The notes beneath the pieces were generated by a model. That model did no database searches, was not told the origin of the DNA, and saw only the letters and a program-made list of their open reading frames with translations. Below are positions 39,301-47,965 of a stretch of 64,000 bases of DNA, piece after piece. The stretch spans positions 1 to 64,000 of the forward strand of contig JAVHQC010000020.1 in the NCBI GenBank assembly GCA_036170915.1, in the 5' to 3' direction. The stretch is from Cyanobacteria bacterium auto_48_18. GTDB taxonomy: Bacteria > Cyanobacteriota > Vampirovibrionia > Obscuribacterales > Obscuribacteraceae. Position 1 is the stretch's first letter. Each line of letters starts with the position of its first letter. The translations under genes were made by a program, and so were the position numbers.

Positions 39301-40958
39301 GCTTCAGGATTGGTTTCGATGGTGCCACGAGCGGCATTCTCGAAAATTGGCGAATCAAAACTAGCGTTTTTCACTTCTTCCACAGGAGTGGAGTATGTAG
39401 ATGGATTGAGATCCCAACTGTCAATTTTTGCCTTGGCTGGAGGAGCAGTGGTGTCCCCTTTGACATATTGATCATAATGGTTGTCGCCGAAGTAATCTTT
39501 CAGGCGGCTCTGCTTGCCACGCTCAGATTCTTCCTTAATGCGCCTTTCTTTTTCAAATTCACTTTCGGCATGTTTAATTGCGGCTTCACCAGCAAAGCCT
39601 TGCTGGTAATCATTGAAGAATTGTGCCGAGAAATCTTCTTTAGGAAGGCTGCTTTCAATAACAGCAGTGGCCGTCTTCGGTTGCGCGTCATAGACATCGT
39701 GCGACATGGCATACCATGGTGGTGCCATTTTGACGGTAGTTAACTGTTGATCAATGCGATTGTCGCCGGCTATCAGAACCGCGGTTAAAGCGTCGGCAGA
39801 AGCTGTCGCCCATGGTGGTGTATCGTCATAACGACTGGTAGTTTGAGTCGGTTCAGCAGGCAATTCTGGTGCCGGTGCCGGAGCAGACGGAACAAAGTCT
39901 GAGTTGGCCGGGCCAGGATTGAAAGAATAATCTTGCGGTTCTGGTGCCAGACTTGATTGCGCGAACATGGGCGCGTTGATCTCAGACTGTGGCGGCAACT
40001 GTAAGTTAGTGTACGAAACCTGTTGCAAAGCCGGAGAAATTTCAAACACCGGTTGCGCTGCTGGTGTCACCTGTGGTGGCGGGAAGGCTGGTCCGGCAGT
40101 GGAAGCCGGTGGGGCCACGGGCTCGTAAACAGGCTCATAAATAATAGGCTCGGCTTGCTGCGATTGGCTGGCAAGCGGTGTGGTGAAGCCTTGCTCAAAA
40201 GCACTGGCTGTAGGAGTAATCGCTTGCTCGGCGCGAATGGCCTGCTCGGTCATCAGACCGTGCTGGACTGCTAACTCGCCCAGGGCTAGTTCTTCTTCCT
40301 TAATAGGTACGAAGCAGGCCTTCAGTAGGCTTTTGTTTTTGTCGTCCTGACGGCCTTCAGGCGTGAAGATCATATGGCAGACCGCGCCTATATCAAGCAA
40401 TGGTTTGCCAACTTGGGCGGTGACTTTAGCGCCAAGCTCACCAAGTAATGCCAATAAAGGTTCTTCCATAGCAGAACCTTCTACGGTCAAACTGCGTCTG
40501 GAACCCCCTTGAGCATAGTTTGAGCCTACTTTGTAGAGTGACTTAATTTGAGTAGCTACCAAACGATTAACTGGGCGGCAAGCCAAATAATTAAAGTCCT
40601 TACCATCAAGAATCGCACGGGTAGCCTTTTCTTGCAAAAGTGTATCGAGCACTCTAAATTCGTAGGCAGAAGCGCTGATATTGACGACAACGCATTGGCC
40701 CTCGTCTTTGCTCACTACCACGCAAAGATCTTTAACTCGGAAAGTCTCACCTTGATCTTCAGCTTTTTTGGAAAAAGTAGAAAGACCTGATGGTGCCGCC
40801 ACTTGTTCAAGACAGAAAATCAAATAGCCGGGCTCATAGAGCTGGCTTTCTTGAGCAGCCCAGTCGTTAGGCGACGTCGGTTTGGCCTTGTCAAAAACCC
40901 GCAAATAGGCTTTAACGTCAGGTATTCTCAGGTGGTGTTGGCGAAGCATTGAGTTCAT
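36357..40958 (-). CDS. 1533-aa protein: globular head (~240 aa), acidic Pro-rich disordered linker (~840 aa) and ~450-aa hendecad coiled-coil rod
   Basis: Composition shifts along the ORF; 11-residue hydrophobic periodicity from MMNEM (37712) towards the C-terminus; no TM or signal peptide. Confidence 0.85.
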   Translation of the reverse strand: MNSMLRQHHLRIPDVKAYLRVFDKAKPTSPNDWAAQESQLYEPGYLIFCLEQVAAPSGLSTFSKKAEDQGETFRVKDLCVVVSKDEGQCVVVNISASAYEFRVLDTLLQEKATRAILDGKDFNYLACRPVNRLVATQIKSLYKVGSNYAQGGSRRSLTVEGSAMEEPLLALLGELGAKVTAQVGKPLLDIGAVCHMIFTPEGRQDDKNKSLLKACFVPIKEEELALGELAVQHGLMTEQAIRAEQAITPTASAFEQGFTTPLASQSQQAEPIIYEPVYEPVAPPASTAGPAFPPPQVTPAAQPVFEISPALQQVSYTNLQLPPQSEINAPMFAQSSLAPEPQDYSFNPGPANSDFVPSAPAPAPELPAEPTQTTSRYDDTPPWATASADALTAVLIAGDNRIDQQLTTVKMAPPWYAMSHDVYDAQPKTATAVIESSLPKEDFSAQFFNDYQQGFAGEAAIKHAESEFEKERRIKEESERGKQSRLKDYFGDNHYDQYVKGDTTAPPAKAKIDSWDLNPSTYSTPVEEVKNASFDSPIFENAARGTIETNPEAKLPEPVPEEPAPADPDAWMDYQPPGDTDTSATDAASPTEEVLSAPGHPSSEAEWSTAVESSFNSTEPLDGSLFERLTQQLSKDSGLDAAPPVTSHEEEAAAEEVWQQGTPVADNLNNAPMTSSGGGFWSNMDPNTSLFNAPEEEKEKVEVVEVVEAQAPAAAAEVPVEQIVEPVVEPELAKLPVLDVAPPAVEPVIDATPIDTPPTSRTSQVAPESTPAAPEMSDSQVMQTRVRPRDYSSPLRRSSELGGSSPTPSSISEPSTPGPQAEAPAAELPVEAGTPADIAALWPEDANRIPQTDTSALWPEEIPLTVAPEAQVSEIIPAANPAVTPAYEPSTSSYSDLSVVAPHQANNIQEPMIATPDAGLTPASQQEPLLDVAVPKTVSAVSPSETKASISDAEPIATPESIASASVDFATTSSSSLSALASDPLPSEFGEALGQSISLAPDLELSLPPQAAPEPEPAPTPTPAPAPAPAADPAPAFTATPAPEPAPAPAPASNWSTAASAPAMGEFDSGVRKAPPAQDTRLMMNEMATLMSKLEQQVAKAANKLSSRAEELKVRLNRQVESLLREAQDLEKHAEVNLTNLSSELRGRLDNLAVDVQTGLSKESESGRSLLSDLDASGLETLEAEQRQLSGKIIRDCAEFKSELEKLTLSVQTRLNNLIASRNDELARLSESILEQLKESHDAYGEKVTQRFDRFRERMLEENSSITQSLERNMRSMVEEIDSSLDRACEKLRSTKLDLEQTISHTMAVSEMAVAQKTKQLLAETLLPRLNEQKEILRTMIHDMSRQVASESNAGLISELARLDGSINRASDGLKRSVDECLTDLESSGRGLKSGLEETFKRASQDLVQRTQEVAGHIKETERRMLESDLTLKNLAEASTVDSEPELTEERNHALSKLGSLKQQANKDLAKAIESSIETMETESEKLFAELTNKRAEFTSTVRDSAEWNLDRVRQALAAATAAIQSAREKHME
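37805..37930 (-). repeat. Coding (Pro-X)n low-complexity tract
   Basis: Encodes PEPEPAPTPTPAPAPAPAADPAPAFTATPAPEPAPAPAPA; imperfect 6-nt periodicity. Confidence 0.7.
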
Positions 40959-40999
40959 GGCTTTGTCTTACGAAGAATCCTAATAAGGAGAGGGCTAAT

Positions 41000-42334
41000 T
41001 TATGTTTCTCCCGCAGCGCGGGCGATCTCTTTAAGTGCGGCGTTTTTTTGCTCGTTGATCAGGGCTACCAGTTTTGTGGTCGAATCTTCAATTTCGTATT
41101 TAGCGCTTTGAGTATCAGCGCTAATTTTAGAAAGAGAGCGCTCATATGCGCTTTTCATTTCAGTGTCTACTTCAGAACCAACGTTTGTTAAAGCTGCAGC
41201 GGCGTCTTTCATCAAATCGCCCAGATTGGCTTCAAAACCGTTCCGAATGGCTATGAGCTCAGAGCGTATTTCGTTAATGACACGCGATTTTGCATCTTCT
41301 AGTTGTGCTCTGACCAATTCAGTTTCACTGACTTTGCCGTTCATGCGAGCGACAAAGGCCTGCATGTCCATTTGTACTCGCTCTTTAACGTCTTCGCATT
41401 TTTTCTTTAAGGCACGGTTGCTAGCCACTGAAGCTTGAGACAACCTGGCAGTGGCGGCATTTGTTTCTTCACGAAGCTGAGTGGAAGTATCGCGAGCAAG
41501 TTCTTCAACCTGCTCACAAACACCACTAAATTTGTCTTTCAAAGCTGATTTATTGGCATCACTGGAGGTGCTGAAAATTTCATTGATGTCTTTTTCAATT
41601 TCTCTGAGAATGTCATCAATTTTCTGACTGAACAAGTCAGAGTCACTTTCTAGATCACTTTCAGATGTTTTTGAATGCGATTCTAGGCGGTCGAATTCGG
41701 CTTGGAAGTCAGCGTTGAACCTTTGCATCAAAGTCGAAAAGTGACTTTCGATGCTGTTTGCCTTTTGCATATAGTTTCGAAATAGCGCGCTGTTAGATTG
41801 CTTTTCACTACCGCGCGATTCCCACAAACTGTGGTCTAACTTTTGCTGCAGCGAATTAGCAAAGAAGCTGGCCTGCGAACGCAGTCTTTGGCCGCTGACA
41901 TAATGCTGAGTTTCCAGATCTACGGCTGCGCCTTCAACAACGCTTGAGTAATGATCGGCCGCCCGCATGAAGCTGTCATCTAAAGTGCTTTCGTGTCCGA
42001 TCTTTAGATCTTCGATTGCTCGTTTAAGATCATCATTGAACAAAGCCAGGCGCTCGGTCAATTGCTTAAGATGATTTTCTGTCGCCACTCGCTCTTTTTC
42101 AGCGCTGGCTCGCAATCTCTCCGCTGCTTCCTTTGACTGTCTTTTGATTTCTTCTTCACCGGCGGCTGCTTTAGCAGCCACTTCCATTTTTGATTGTTGC
42201 TCAGATTCCTGACGTTCGTTAACGTGTGCTGCAGCTTTATTGGCCAGCTTCGAAGTTGATGATTCTTCCAGCTCATTTAGACGAGCGGAGCCCGAGTCAT
42301 AAATGTCTTGAAGCTTTTTACCTGCGAAAGTCAT
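41000..42334 (-). CDS. Hendecad coiled-coil protein (444 aa)
   Basis: All-helical composition, no Pro; 11-mer register AGKKLQDIYDS/GSARLNELEES/STSKLANKAAA…. Confidence 0.85.
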   Translation of the reverse strand: MTFAGKKLQDIYDSGSARLNELEESSTSKLANKAAAHVNERQESEQQSKMEVAAKAAAGEEEIKRQSKEAAERLRASAEKERVATENHLKQLTERLALFNDDLKRAIEDLKIGHESTLDDSFMRAADHYSSVVEGAAVDLETQHYVSGQRLRSQASFFANSLQQKLDHSLWESRGSEKQSNSALFRNYMQKANSIESHFSTLMQRFNADFQAEFDRLESHSKTSESDLESDSDLFSQKIDDILREIEKDINEIFSTSSDANKSALKDKFSGVCEQVEELARDTSTQLREETNAATARLSQASVASNRALKKKCEDVKERVQMDMQAFVARMNGKVSETELVRAQLEDAKSRVINEIRSELIAIRNGFEANLGDLMKDAAAALTNVGSEVDTEMKSAYERSLSKISADTQSAKYEIEDSTTKLVALINEQKNAALKEIARAAGET

Positions 42335-42365
42335 TAACCTTATCTTCCTCTGTTATTGATCTTTT

Positions 42366-43787
42366 TTATTCATTATCGAGAGACAACATGGCACTCTTGT
42401 ATGCCATCACCGCCAGTGCTGCTGCCCTGCCCGATTCTTCTATTATAGGCAATTTCAAGTTTAGCTCAGACAACTCATTGTGGAAGTTTCTGGTGATGCG
42501 CTCAAGGTCTGAGCGCATGATACGCACCTGCTTTTCCAGCGACTCAACAGATGAGAGTCTGATGCTTTCAATTCTCTCGTTACTGCCCGCTGATGAGCGA
42601 GAAAATTCACTTTCAGTTTGTTCCACTTGCCTGCGGAAAGTTTTGATCACTTCAGCACCATGAGCCCGCAAGCGGCTGTTGAGCTTATCGATAACCTCGG
42701 GATTGGCTGGTAGACGATTGCCCGAAACCATCAAATTAATTTTCGACTCTTGAGCCATTCCGGCTTCAAATTTGATGAAGAGGCGATCAATCTCATCGGA
42801 TAATTTGCTTTCAACTCGCCGCAAGGAGTTGTGCACAAGTTTCTGATTTACCAGCATACGTGCCTTCGCTGAAGCGGCGATGCGATTGATCTCGTCTTGC
42901 GAACTGAGCAATTTTTTCTCTACTTCATCACTATATTCTTTGAGAAAGCGTGATTGACTTTCGCGGCTGCCCTGCTGAAAACGAGTTTTCATTGCTGTGA
43001 GCTGTTCGCGCCAGTGAGCAATATGTTCGTCTAAAACTTGATTGTTGGTCTGGCGTGCCTCGTCAATATTCTTAGCTCCACGCTCAATCAAGGTGGTGAT
43101 ATCGCGGCTGGCGGTTTCGACGATGTCGCCCAATTGCTTTTGCACATCTTCAATTTTTTCATCAAACTGGCTGCTGTAGCGTGCCAGATGACCATCAACC
43201 TCAGCTTTGGAATTTTCAATTACCGATTGAGCTGAATCATCGATAGTTTTTGCTTTATCAGACATTCCATCTTCATAACTCTGCGAGATGGTTTCAATTC
43301 TTTCTTTGCCGGAACCTGCCAGCTCAGTAATGCGGGCAATTCGTTCGCGGCTACTTTCATAAAGATTGGCGTGGGGCAAATCGATCATGCCGGCCAGCTC
43401 TTCCAGCTGAGTTTCCATAATTTCGTTGAGGGCGTCTGTGGCCTCAAGTAATTTATCGGCAAATCGCCGCCTGATAATGGCAGCACCTTGCATCAAACGA
43501 TCTGACTCAGCAGTTTCGAGAGCGCTTATTGTGTCGAGAGTCTCGTCTCGTTTGGCTTCCAGGTCATTTCCGTGAGAGTCGACCAGGTGACCACTCTGCT
43601 GAATGACCTTCTCCAACTGCAGAGCCAGCCCTCGATCGATGCCTTCGCTGAAATCGTGAAGCTGGTCAAGGCATTGAGTGACGGTACGTTCGAGCTCGGC
43701 ACTGGCTTTTTCCAGGGCTTCGATCATAAGGTTTGCTGCTGATCCGAAACTTTCAGACCGATTCGCTTGAGAACTCTCCTCAGCCAT
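42366..43787 (-). CDS. Hendecad coiled-coil protein (473 aa)
   Basis: GAGG RBS; 11-mer register MIEALEKASAE/LERTVTQCLDQ/LHDFSEGIDRG/LALQLEKVIQQ…. Confidence 0.85.
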   Translation of the reverse strand: MAEESSQANRSESFGSAANLMIEALEKASAELERTVTQCLDQLHDFSEGIDRGLALQLEKVIQQSGHLVDSHGNDLEAKRDETLDTISALETAESDRLMQGAAIIRRRFADKLLEATDALNEIMETQLEELAGMIDLPHANLYESSRERIARITELAGSGKERIETISQSYEDGMSDKAKTIDDSAQSVIENSKAEVDGHLARYSSQFDEKIEDVQKQLGDIVETASRDITTLIERGAKNIDEARQTNNQVLDEHIAHWREQLTAMKTRFQQGSRESQSRFLKEYSDEVEKKLLSSQDEINRIAASAKARMLVNQKLVHNSLRRVESKLSDEIDRLFIKFEAGMAQESKINLMVSGNRLPANPEVIDKLNSRLRAHGAEVIKTFRRQVEQTESEFSRSSAGSNERIESIRLSSVESLEKQVRIMRSDLERITRNFHNELSELNLKLPIIEESGRAAALAVMAYKSAMLSLDNE

Positions 43788-43964
43788 CTATTCCTCAACC
43801 TTCCATTACTTTGTATCTGCACTTTTTGATCAAGACTAGCTTACAGCCGTAAAGGCCTGGAAGAAACCCTTGAATAGGTAAATGACTAACTAAAGCTATG
43901 CCATTGCCAAGGCAGTTATGCCCCCTTTTTTCCGCCCTTAATCTACACTGGCAAGAAACCGGCT

Positions 43965-45428
43965 TTATGTTGAGCTGATTTGTTTTTCGGCTTCTTTCGA
44001 ACGTTGGCGATCGAGCCTGGCCAGGCCCGAAAGTGCGGCTTCATTGATTGTTTCAGAAAGTGTCGGATGAGGGTGAATGGCGGTAACCAGGTCTTCCAGA
44101 ACAGCCCCCATTTCAATTGCAACCACAGCTTCTGAGATCAGATCGCCGGCGCGAGGCCCGACCATACCGACGCCTAAAACCAGTGAGGTGGCAGGGTCGA
44201 AAATTACCTTGGTGCTGCCGCCGGTGTCAGCAATGGTCATAGCTCTGCCGGAAGCAGACCAGGGGAATTTGGCGGCTGAAACGGTGATACCTTGAGCTTT
44301 CGCCTCGGTTTCTGTGAGACCACACCAGGCAATTTCGGGTTCAGTAAAGACCACTGCTGGAACGCAGCGATTGTCATAAGCGGATGGTTTACCCGCCAGC
44401 ACTTCGGCGGCTACGTAGCCCTGACGAATGGCTCGGTGAGCAAGCATTGGTTGACCTGAGATATCACCGATAGAGAGAATGCGTTTATCTCTGGTGCGAC
44501 AGAATTGGTCTGATAATACGAAGCCATGGGCATCCACCTCGACTTGTGTGTTCTCCAGGCCAATGCCATCTGAATTAGGGCGCCGGCCTACTGAAATTAA
44601 AACTTTGTCTGCGCTTAATTTCGCTGCACCATCTTTACTTTCTACGCTAATTTCGACACCACTTTTGGTGACTTCAATACTGTTTACTTTAGTGCTGAGA
44701 TGAATGGCTTTAAACATCTCAGTCAATTTGGTGGCAAGTGGTTTAACCAGGTCACGATCAGCGCCTGGTAGCAGTCCGTCGGTCATTTCCACAACTGTAA
44801 CTTCACTACCAAGGGCAGCGTAGACAGTGCCCAACTCAAGGCCAATGTAGCCGCCACCAATAACAATAAGGCTCTTCGGCACGTCGGCTAAATTTAAGGC
44901 CGTAGTGCTGTCTAATATGCGTTCGCTGCCTAAGTCTTCTTCTTTCTTGAAGAGCTTTGGCAGAGCCACAGGTCTTGATCCGGTGGCCAAAATGCAATGT
45001 TTAAATTTGATGCGCATGGCTGATTCGCCTGGGCAATCAACACGCACGCTGCGTGAATCTTGAAAAGTAGCCTTGCCGTGCAAAATTTCTACTCCGGCGC
45101 TTTTGCACATGCCGACGATGCCCTGAGCGAGCTTATCTATGACACCAGTTTTCCAGGTTTTGAGAGCGGGCAAGTCAATTTCAGGGGCACCAAATTTGAT
45201 GCCGATTTTTTCTGCGTGTTTGGAAGAGTAGATTACTTCAGCGGCATGCAATAAGGCTTTTGAGGGAATGCAGCCCATATGCAAGCAGACACCACCAGGT
45301 TTTGGTGCGGCATCTACAAGAAGAGTTTTGATGCCCAGCTCAGCTGCGCGCAACGCAGCGGTGTAGCCGCCCGGACCGCCGCCAATCACTACCAGGTCAA
45401 CTTCCTGCACCATCTCTCCAACGACCAT
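43965..45428 (-). CDS. lpdA: Dihydrolipoyl dehydrogenase (E3)
   Basis: GGGPGGY, GGVCLHMGCIPSK (redox disulfide), GGGYIGLE and HPHPTLSE motifs. Confidence 0.97.
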   Translation of the reverse strand: MVVGEMVQEVDLVVIGGGPGGYTAALRAAELGIKTLLVDAAPKPGGVCLHMGCIPSKALLHAAEVIYSSKHAEKIGIKFGAPEIDLPALKTWKTGVIDKLAQGIVGMCKSAGVEILHGKATFQDSRSVRVDCPGESAMRIKFKHCILATGSRPVALPKLFKKEEDLGSERILDSTTALNLADVPKSLIVIGGGYIGLELGTVYAALGSEVTVVEMTDGLLPGADRDLVKPLATKLTEMFKAIHLSTKVNSIEVTKSGVEISVESKDGAAKLSADKVLISVGRRPNSDGIGLENTQVEVDAHGFVLSDQFCRTRDKRILSIGDISGQPMLAHRAIRQGYVAAEVLAGKPSAYDNRCVPAVVFTEPEIAWCGLTETEAKAQGITVSAAKFPWSASGRAMTIADTGGSTKVIFDPATSLVLGVGMVGPRAGDLISEAVVAIEMGAVLEDLVTAIHPHPTLSETINEAALSGLARLDRQRSKEAEKQISST

Positions 45429-45437
45429 ATTTGCCTC

Positions 45438-46895
45438 CTAGGCTTCTAAAACAAATTTGAAAGGATCTTCCAGCAATTTGACCACGTGTTGGACAAAATA
45501 GGCTGCTTCCGCACCATCAGCTAGGCGGTGGTCAAAAGACATGGCCAGAGGCAAAATGGTGCCGATGACAATTTGACCATCTTTGACAATCGGTTTCTGA
45601 CTGGCTCTTGCCATACCCAGGATAGCCGCTTCTGGGAAGTTGACCATGGGCGACATGGACGTACCACCTATGGCGCCAATATTAGTCAAAGTAAAGGTAC
45701 CGCCCTGCAGGCGATCCAGTTCTACTTTACCGGCTCTAGTTTTGGCGGCAATGTCAGAAAGCTCCACGGCAATTTCATAGAAACTTTTTTGATCAACGTC
45801 ACGAATCACAGGCACAATTAAACCGCGTTCTGTAGCCACGGCCACGCCGACGTTATAGTAGTGCTTGACCACAATTTCGCCGGTATTTTCATCAAGGCTT
45901 GAGTTAAATTGGGGATACAACTTAAGTGCGCTAGCCAGTGCCTTGATGGTGAAGACGGTGAGAGTCGGTTTGACTTTAGTGTCACCTGAGCGGGCGGCAA
46001 ATTCTTTTTCGTATTTGCCGATTAGAGCCGTGAGTTCACTGACGTTAGCTTCATCAAAGTGAGTTACATGGGGAATATGAGTCCAGGCCTGGGTCATATT
46101 GATAGCAATTTTGCGGCGAATAGATTTAAGCGGCAGGCGCTCTACTTTGCCGAATTTAGCAAAGTCTGGATATTCCACCGGCTGACCGGCATTATTGTTG
46201 AGCGGAGCTAATGGGGCTGCAGCACCACCAGCGGTGCCATACTTTTCCTGCATTGATGCAGAGGAGGCTGGTGAATTAGAGTTAGAACTAGAACTAGATT
46301 TAGAAGTAGTGGTAGAACTTACCGTTGTGGAGGGGCTGGATTTTGACGCCCCATTGCTTTGAATTCTTGACTCAAGCGAGCCGGCGGCAAAAGCCATAAC
46401 ATCTTCTTTCAATACCCGACCGGCAGGGCCGGTGGCATTGACCTGATGCAGGTCAACTCCCAATTCACGCGCCAGGCGACGTGTAGCAGGTGTGGCTGGT
46501 ACCGGCCTGCTATTGTCTGGTGCACCATTAGCGGTGCGGCCGGCAGTTACCGCTTCTTTAGCCACAGCAACTTTAGCTTCTGCCGCTTTATCAGTTGTCT
46601 CAATACTGCCTACAGCTTTTTCATTTTCAGCGGCAGCATTTTTAACGGCTCCTTTGGCGGCAATATCATAAGCAATCATCACACTGCCCACGGTTACCGT
46701 CTGGCCGGTACTGACGTGAATCTTTGCCACGGCCCCAGCATAGGGGGAAGGAATTTCTACTACTGCCTTGTCGGTTTCAACTTCAAAGATAATCTGGTCT
46801 TCTTTGACCATCTCGCCTTCTTTAACCTTGACACCAATAATCTCAGCTTCATGAATGCCTTCACCCAGGTCAGGCAATTTAAATTCAACCGTCAT
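45438..46895 (-). CDS. pdhC: Dihydrolipoamide acyltransferase (E2) of a 2-oxoacid dehydrogenase
   Basis: Single lipoyl domain (ETDKAVVEIPSP); E3-binding ATPATRRLARELGVDL; catalytic DHRLADG. Confidence 0.93.
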   Translation of the reverse strand: MTVEFKLPDLGEGIHEAEIIGVKVKEGEMVKEDQIIFEVETDKAVVEIPSPYAGAVAKIHVSTGQTVTVGSVMIAYDIAAKGAVKNAAAENEKAVGSIETTDKAAEAKVAVAKEAVTAGRTANGAPDNSRPVPATPATRRLARELGVDLHQVNATGPAGRVLKEDVMAFAAGSLESRIQSNGASKSSPSTTVSSTTTSKSSSSSNSNSPASSASMQEKYGTAGGAAAPLAPLNNNAGQPVEYPDFAKFGKVERLPLKSIRRKIAINMTQAWTHIPHVTHFDEANVSELTALIGKYEKEFAARSGDTKVKPTLTVFTIKALASALKLYPQFNSSLDENTGEIVVKHYYNVGVAVATERGLIVPVIRDVDQKSFYEIAVELSDIAAKTRAGKVELDRLQGGTFTLTNIGAIGGTSMSPMVNFPEAAILGMARASQKPIVKDGQIVIGTILPLAMSFDHRLADGAEAAYFVQHVVKLLEDPFKFVLEA

Positions 46896-46932
46896 TGTCC
46901 ACCTTTATGAATTGATACTAGCTCGATAGATA

Positions 46933-47913
46933 TTAGAAAGAAAGGGTTTCGCGACTGGCAGCCAGAACCCGCTCTGGATCAGGCAAGAAGAAGCGTTCTT
47001 TGGAGAAGTATGGAATCGGCACATCGAATCCGGTCACGCGTTTAATTGGTGCTTCAAGATATAGAAGTGCTGCTTCATTTATGCGTGCCACCACTTCGGC
47101 ACCAAGACCACAAGTTCGAGGTCCTTCGTGCACCACAACAGCGCGGCCGGTTTTCTTCACCGATTCGATAATCAGTGTGGCGTCCATGGGGGCGATGGTG
47201 AGCAGGTCAATAACTTCAGCTTGCACACCGTCTTCTTCTTCGAGCATTTCGGCGGCTTCTAGAGTAGCGCGCAGACTGGCGCCGTAAGAAATTAAAGTGA
47301 TGTCTTTGCCTTTCCGTACAACTTGAGCCGCTCCAATGGGCAATGTTTCCATAGCTTCAGGCACTTCTTCTTTAAAGAGGCGATAAATTGCTTTGGGCTC
47401 GTAATAAATGACCGGATCAGGATCTTGAATGGCGCTGTGCAAGAGCGCTCTGGCATTGCGAGGTCCTGATGGAATAACGACTTTCAAACCAGGAGTGTGA
47501 GCATAAATCGCTTCACGGCTTTCAGAGTGATGCTCAAGTGCGCGGATGCCGCCGCCGTATGGAGCTCGCATTACTACGGGTACGGTGACCCTGCCTCTGG
47601 TGCGGTTGCGAAAGCGCGAAGCATGGCATTCCAATTGGTGGAAAGCGTAATAATCAAAACCAGAAAATTGCATTTCGCAAACCGGACGCAGACCATAGAT
47701 GGCCATGCCGATTGCAGTGCCCATGATGCCTGATTCGGCTAGAGGAGTATCAAGCACACGCTTATCGCCAAATTTATGAAAAAGACCTTCGGTAATGCGG
47801 AATACACCTTCATCAGGCCCTACGTCTTCGCCCATGACCACAACTTTGTCGTCTCTTTCCATTGCTTCGAAAAGGGCAAGGTTAATGGCCTTTGCCATAT
47901 TCATTTGTGCCAT
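46933..47913 (-). CDS. pdhB: 2-oxoacid (pyruvate or branched-chain) dehydrogenase E1 beta
   Basis: GEDVG, DTPLAESGI, EMQFSGF, EHHSES and VVVHEG motifs. Confidence 0.93.
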   Translation of the reverse strand: MAQMNMAKAINLALFEAMERDDKVVVMGEDVGPDEGVFRITEGLFHKFGDKRVLDTPLAESGIMGTAIGMAIYGLRPVCEMQFSGFDYYAFHQLECHASRFRNRTRGRVTVPVVMRAPYGGGIRALEHHSESREAIYAHTPGLKVVIPSGPRNARALLHSAIQDPDPVIYYEPKAIYRLFKEEVPEAMETLPIGAAQVVRKGKDITLISYGASLRATLEAAEMLEEEDGVQAEVIDLLTIAPMDATLIIESVKKTGRAVVVHEGPRTCGLGAEVVARINEAALLYLEAPIKRVTGFDVPIPYFSKERFFLPDPERVLAASRETLSF

Positions 47914-47965
47914 TGAAATTCTCCTGAAAATTTAAAAGTCGCAAATTCGTTCAAGCTAATTTGAC

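Noticed and set aside
36357..43787. Coiled-coil genes as SMC/SbcC, chemoreceptors or phage tape-measure proteins
   Set aside because: No Walker A/B or hinge motifs, no MCP hairpin signature, no TM segments and no tail or contractile-system genes adjacent.
46260..46340. Ser/Thr-rich repeat-like DNA within the E2 gene
   Set aside because: Ordinary flexible inter-domain linker of dihydrolipoamide acyltransferases.
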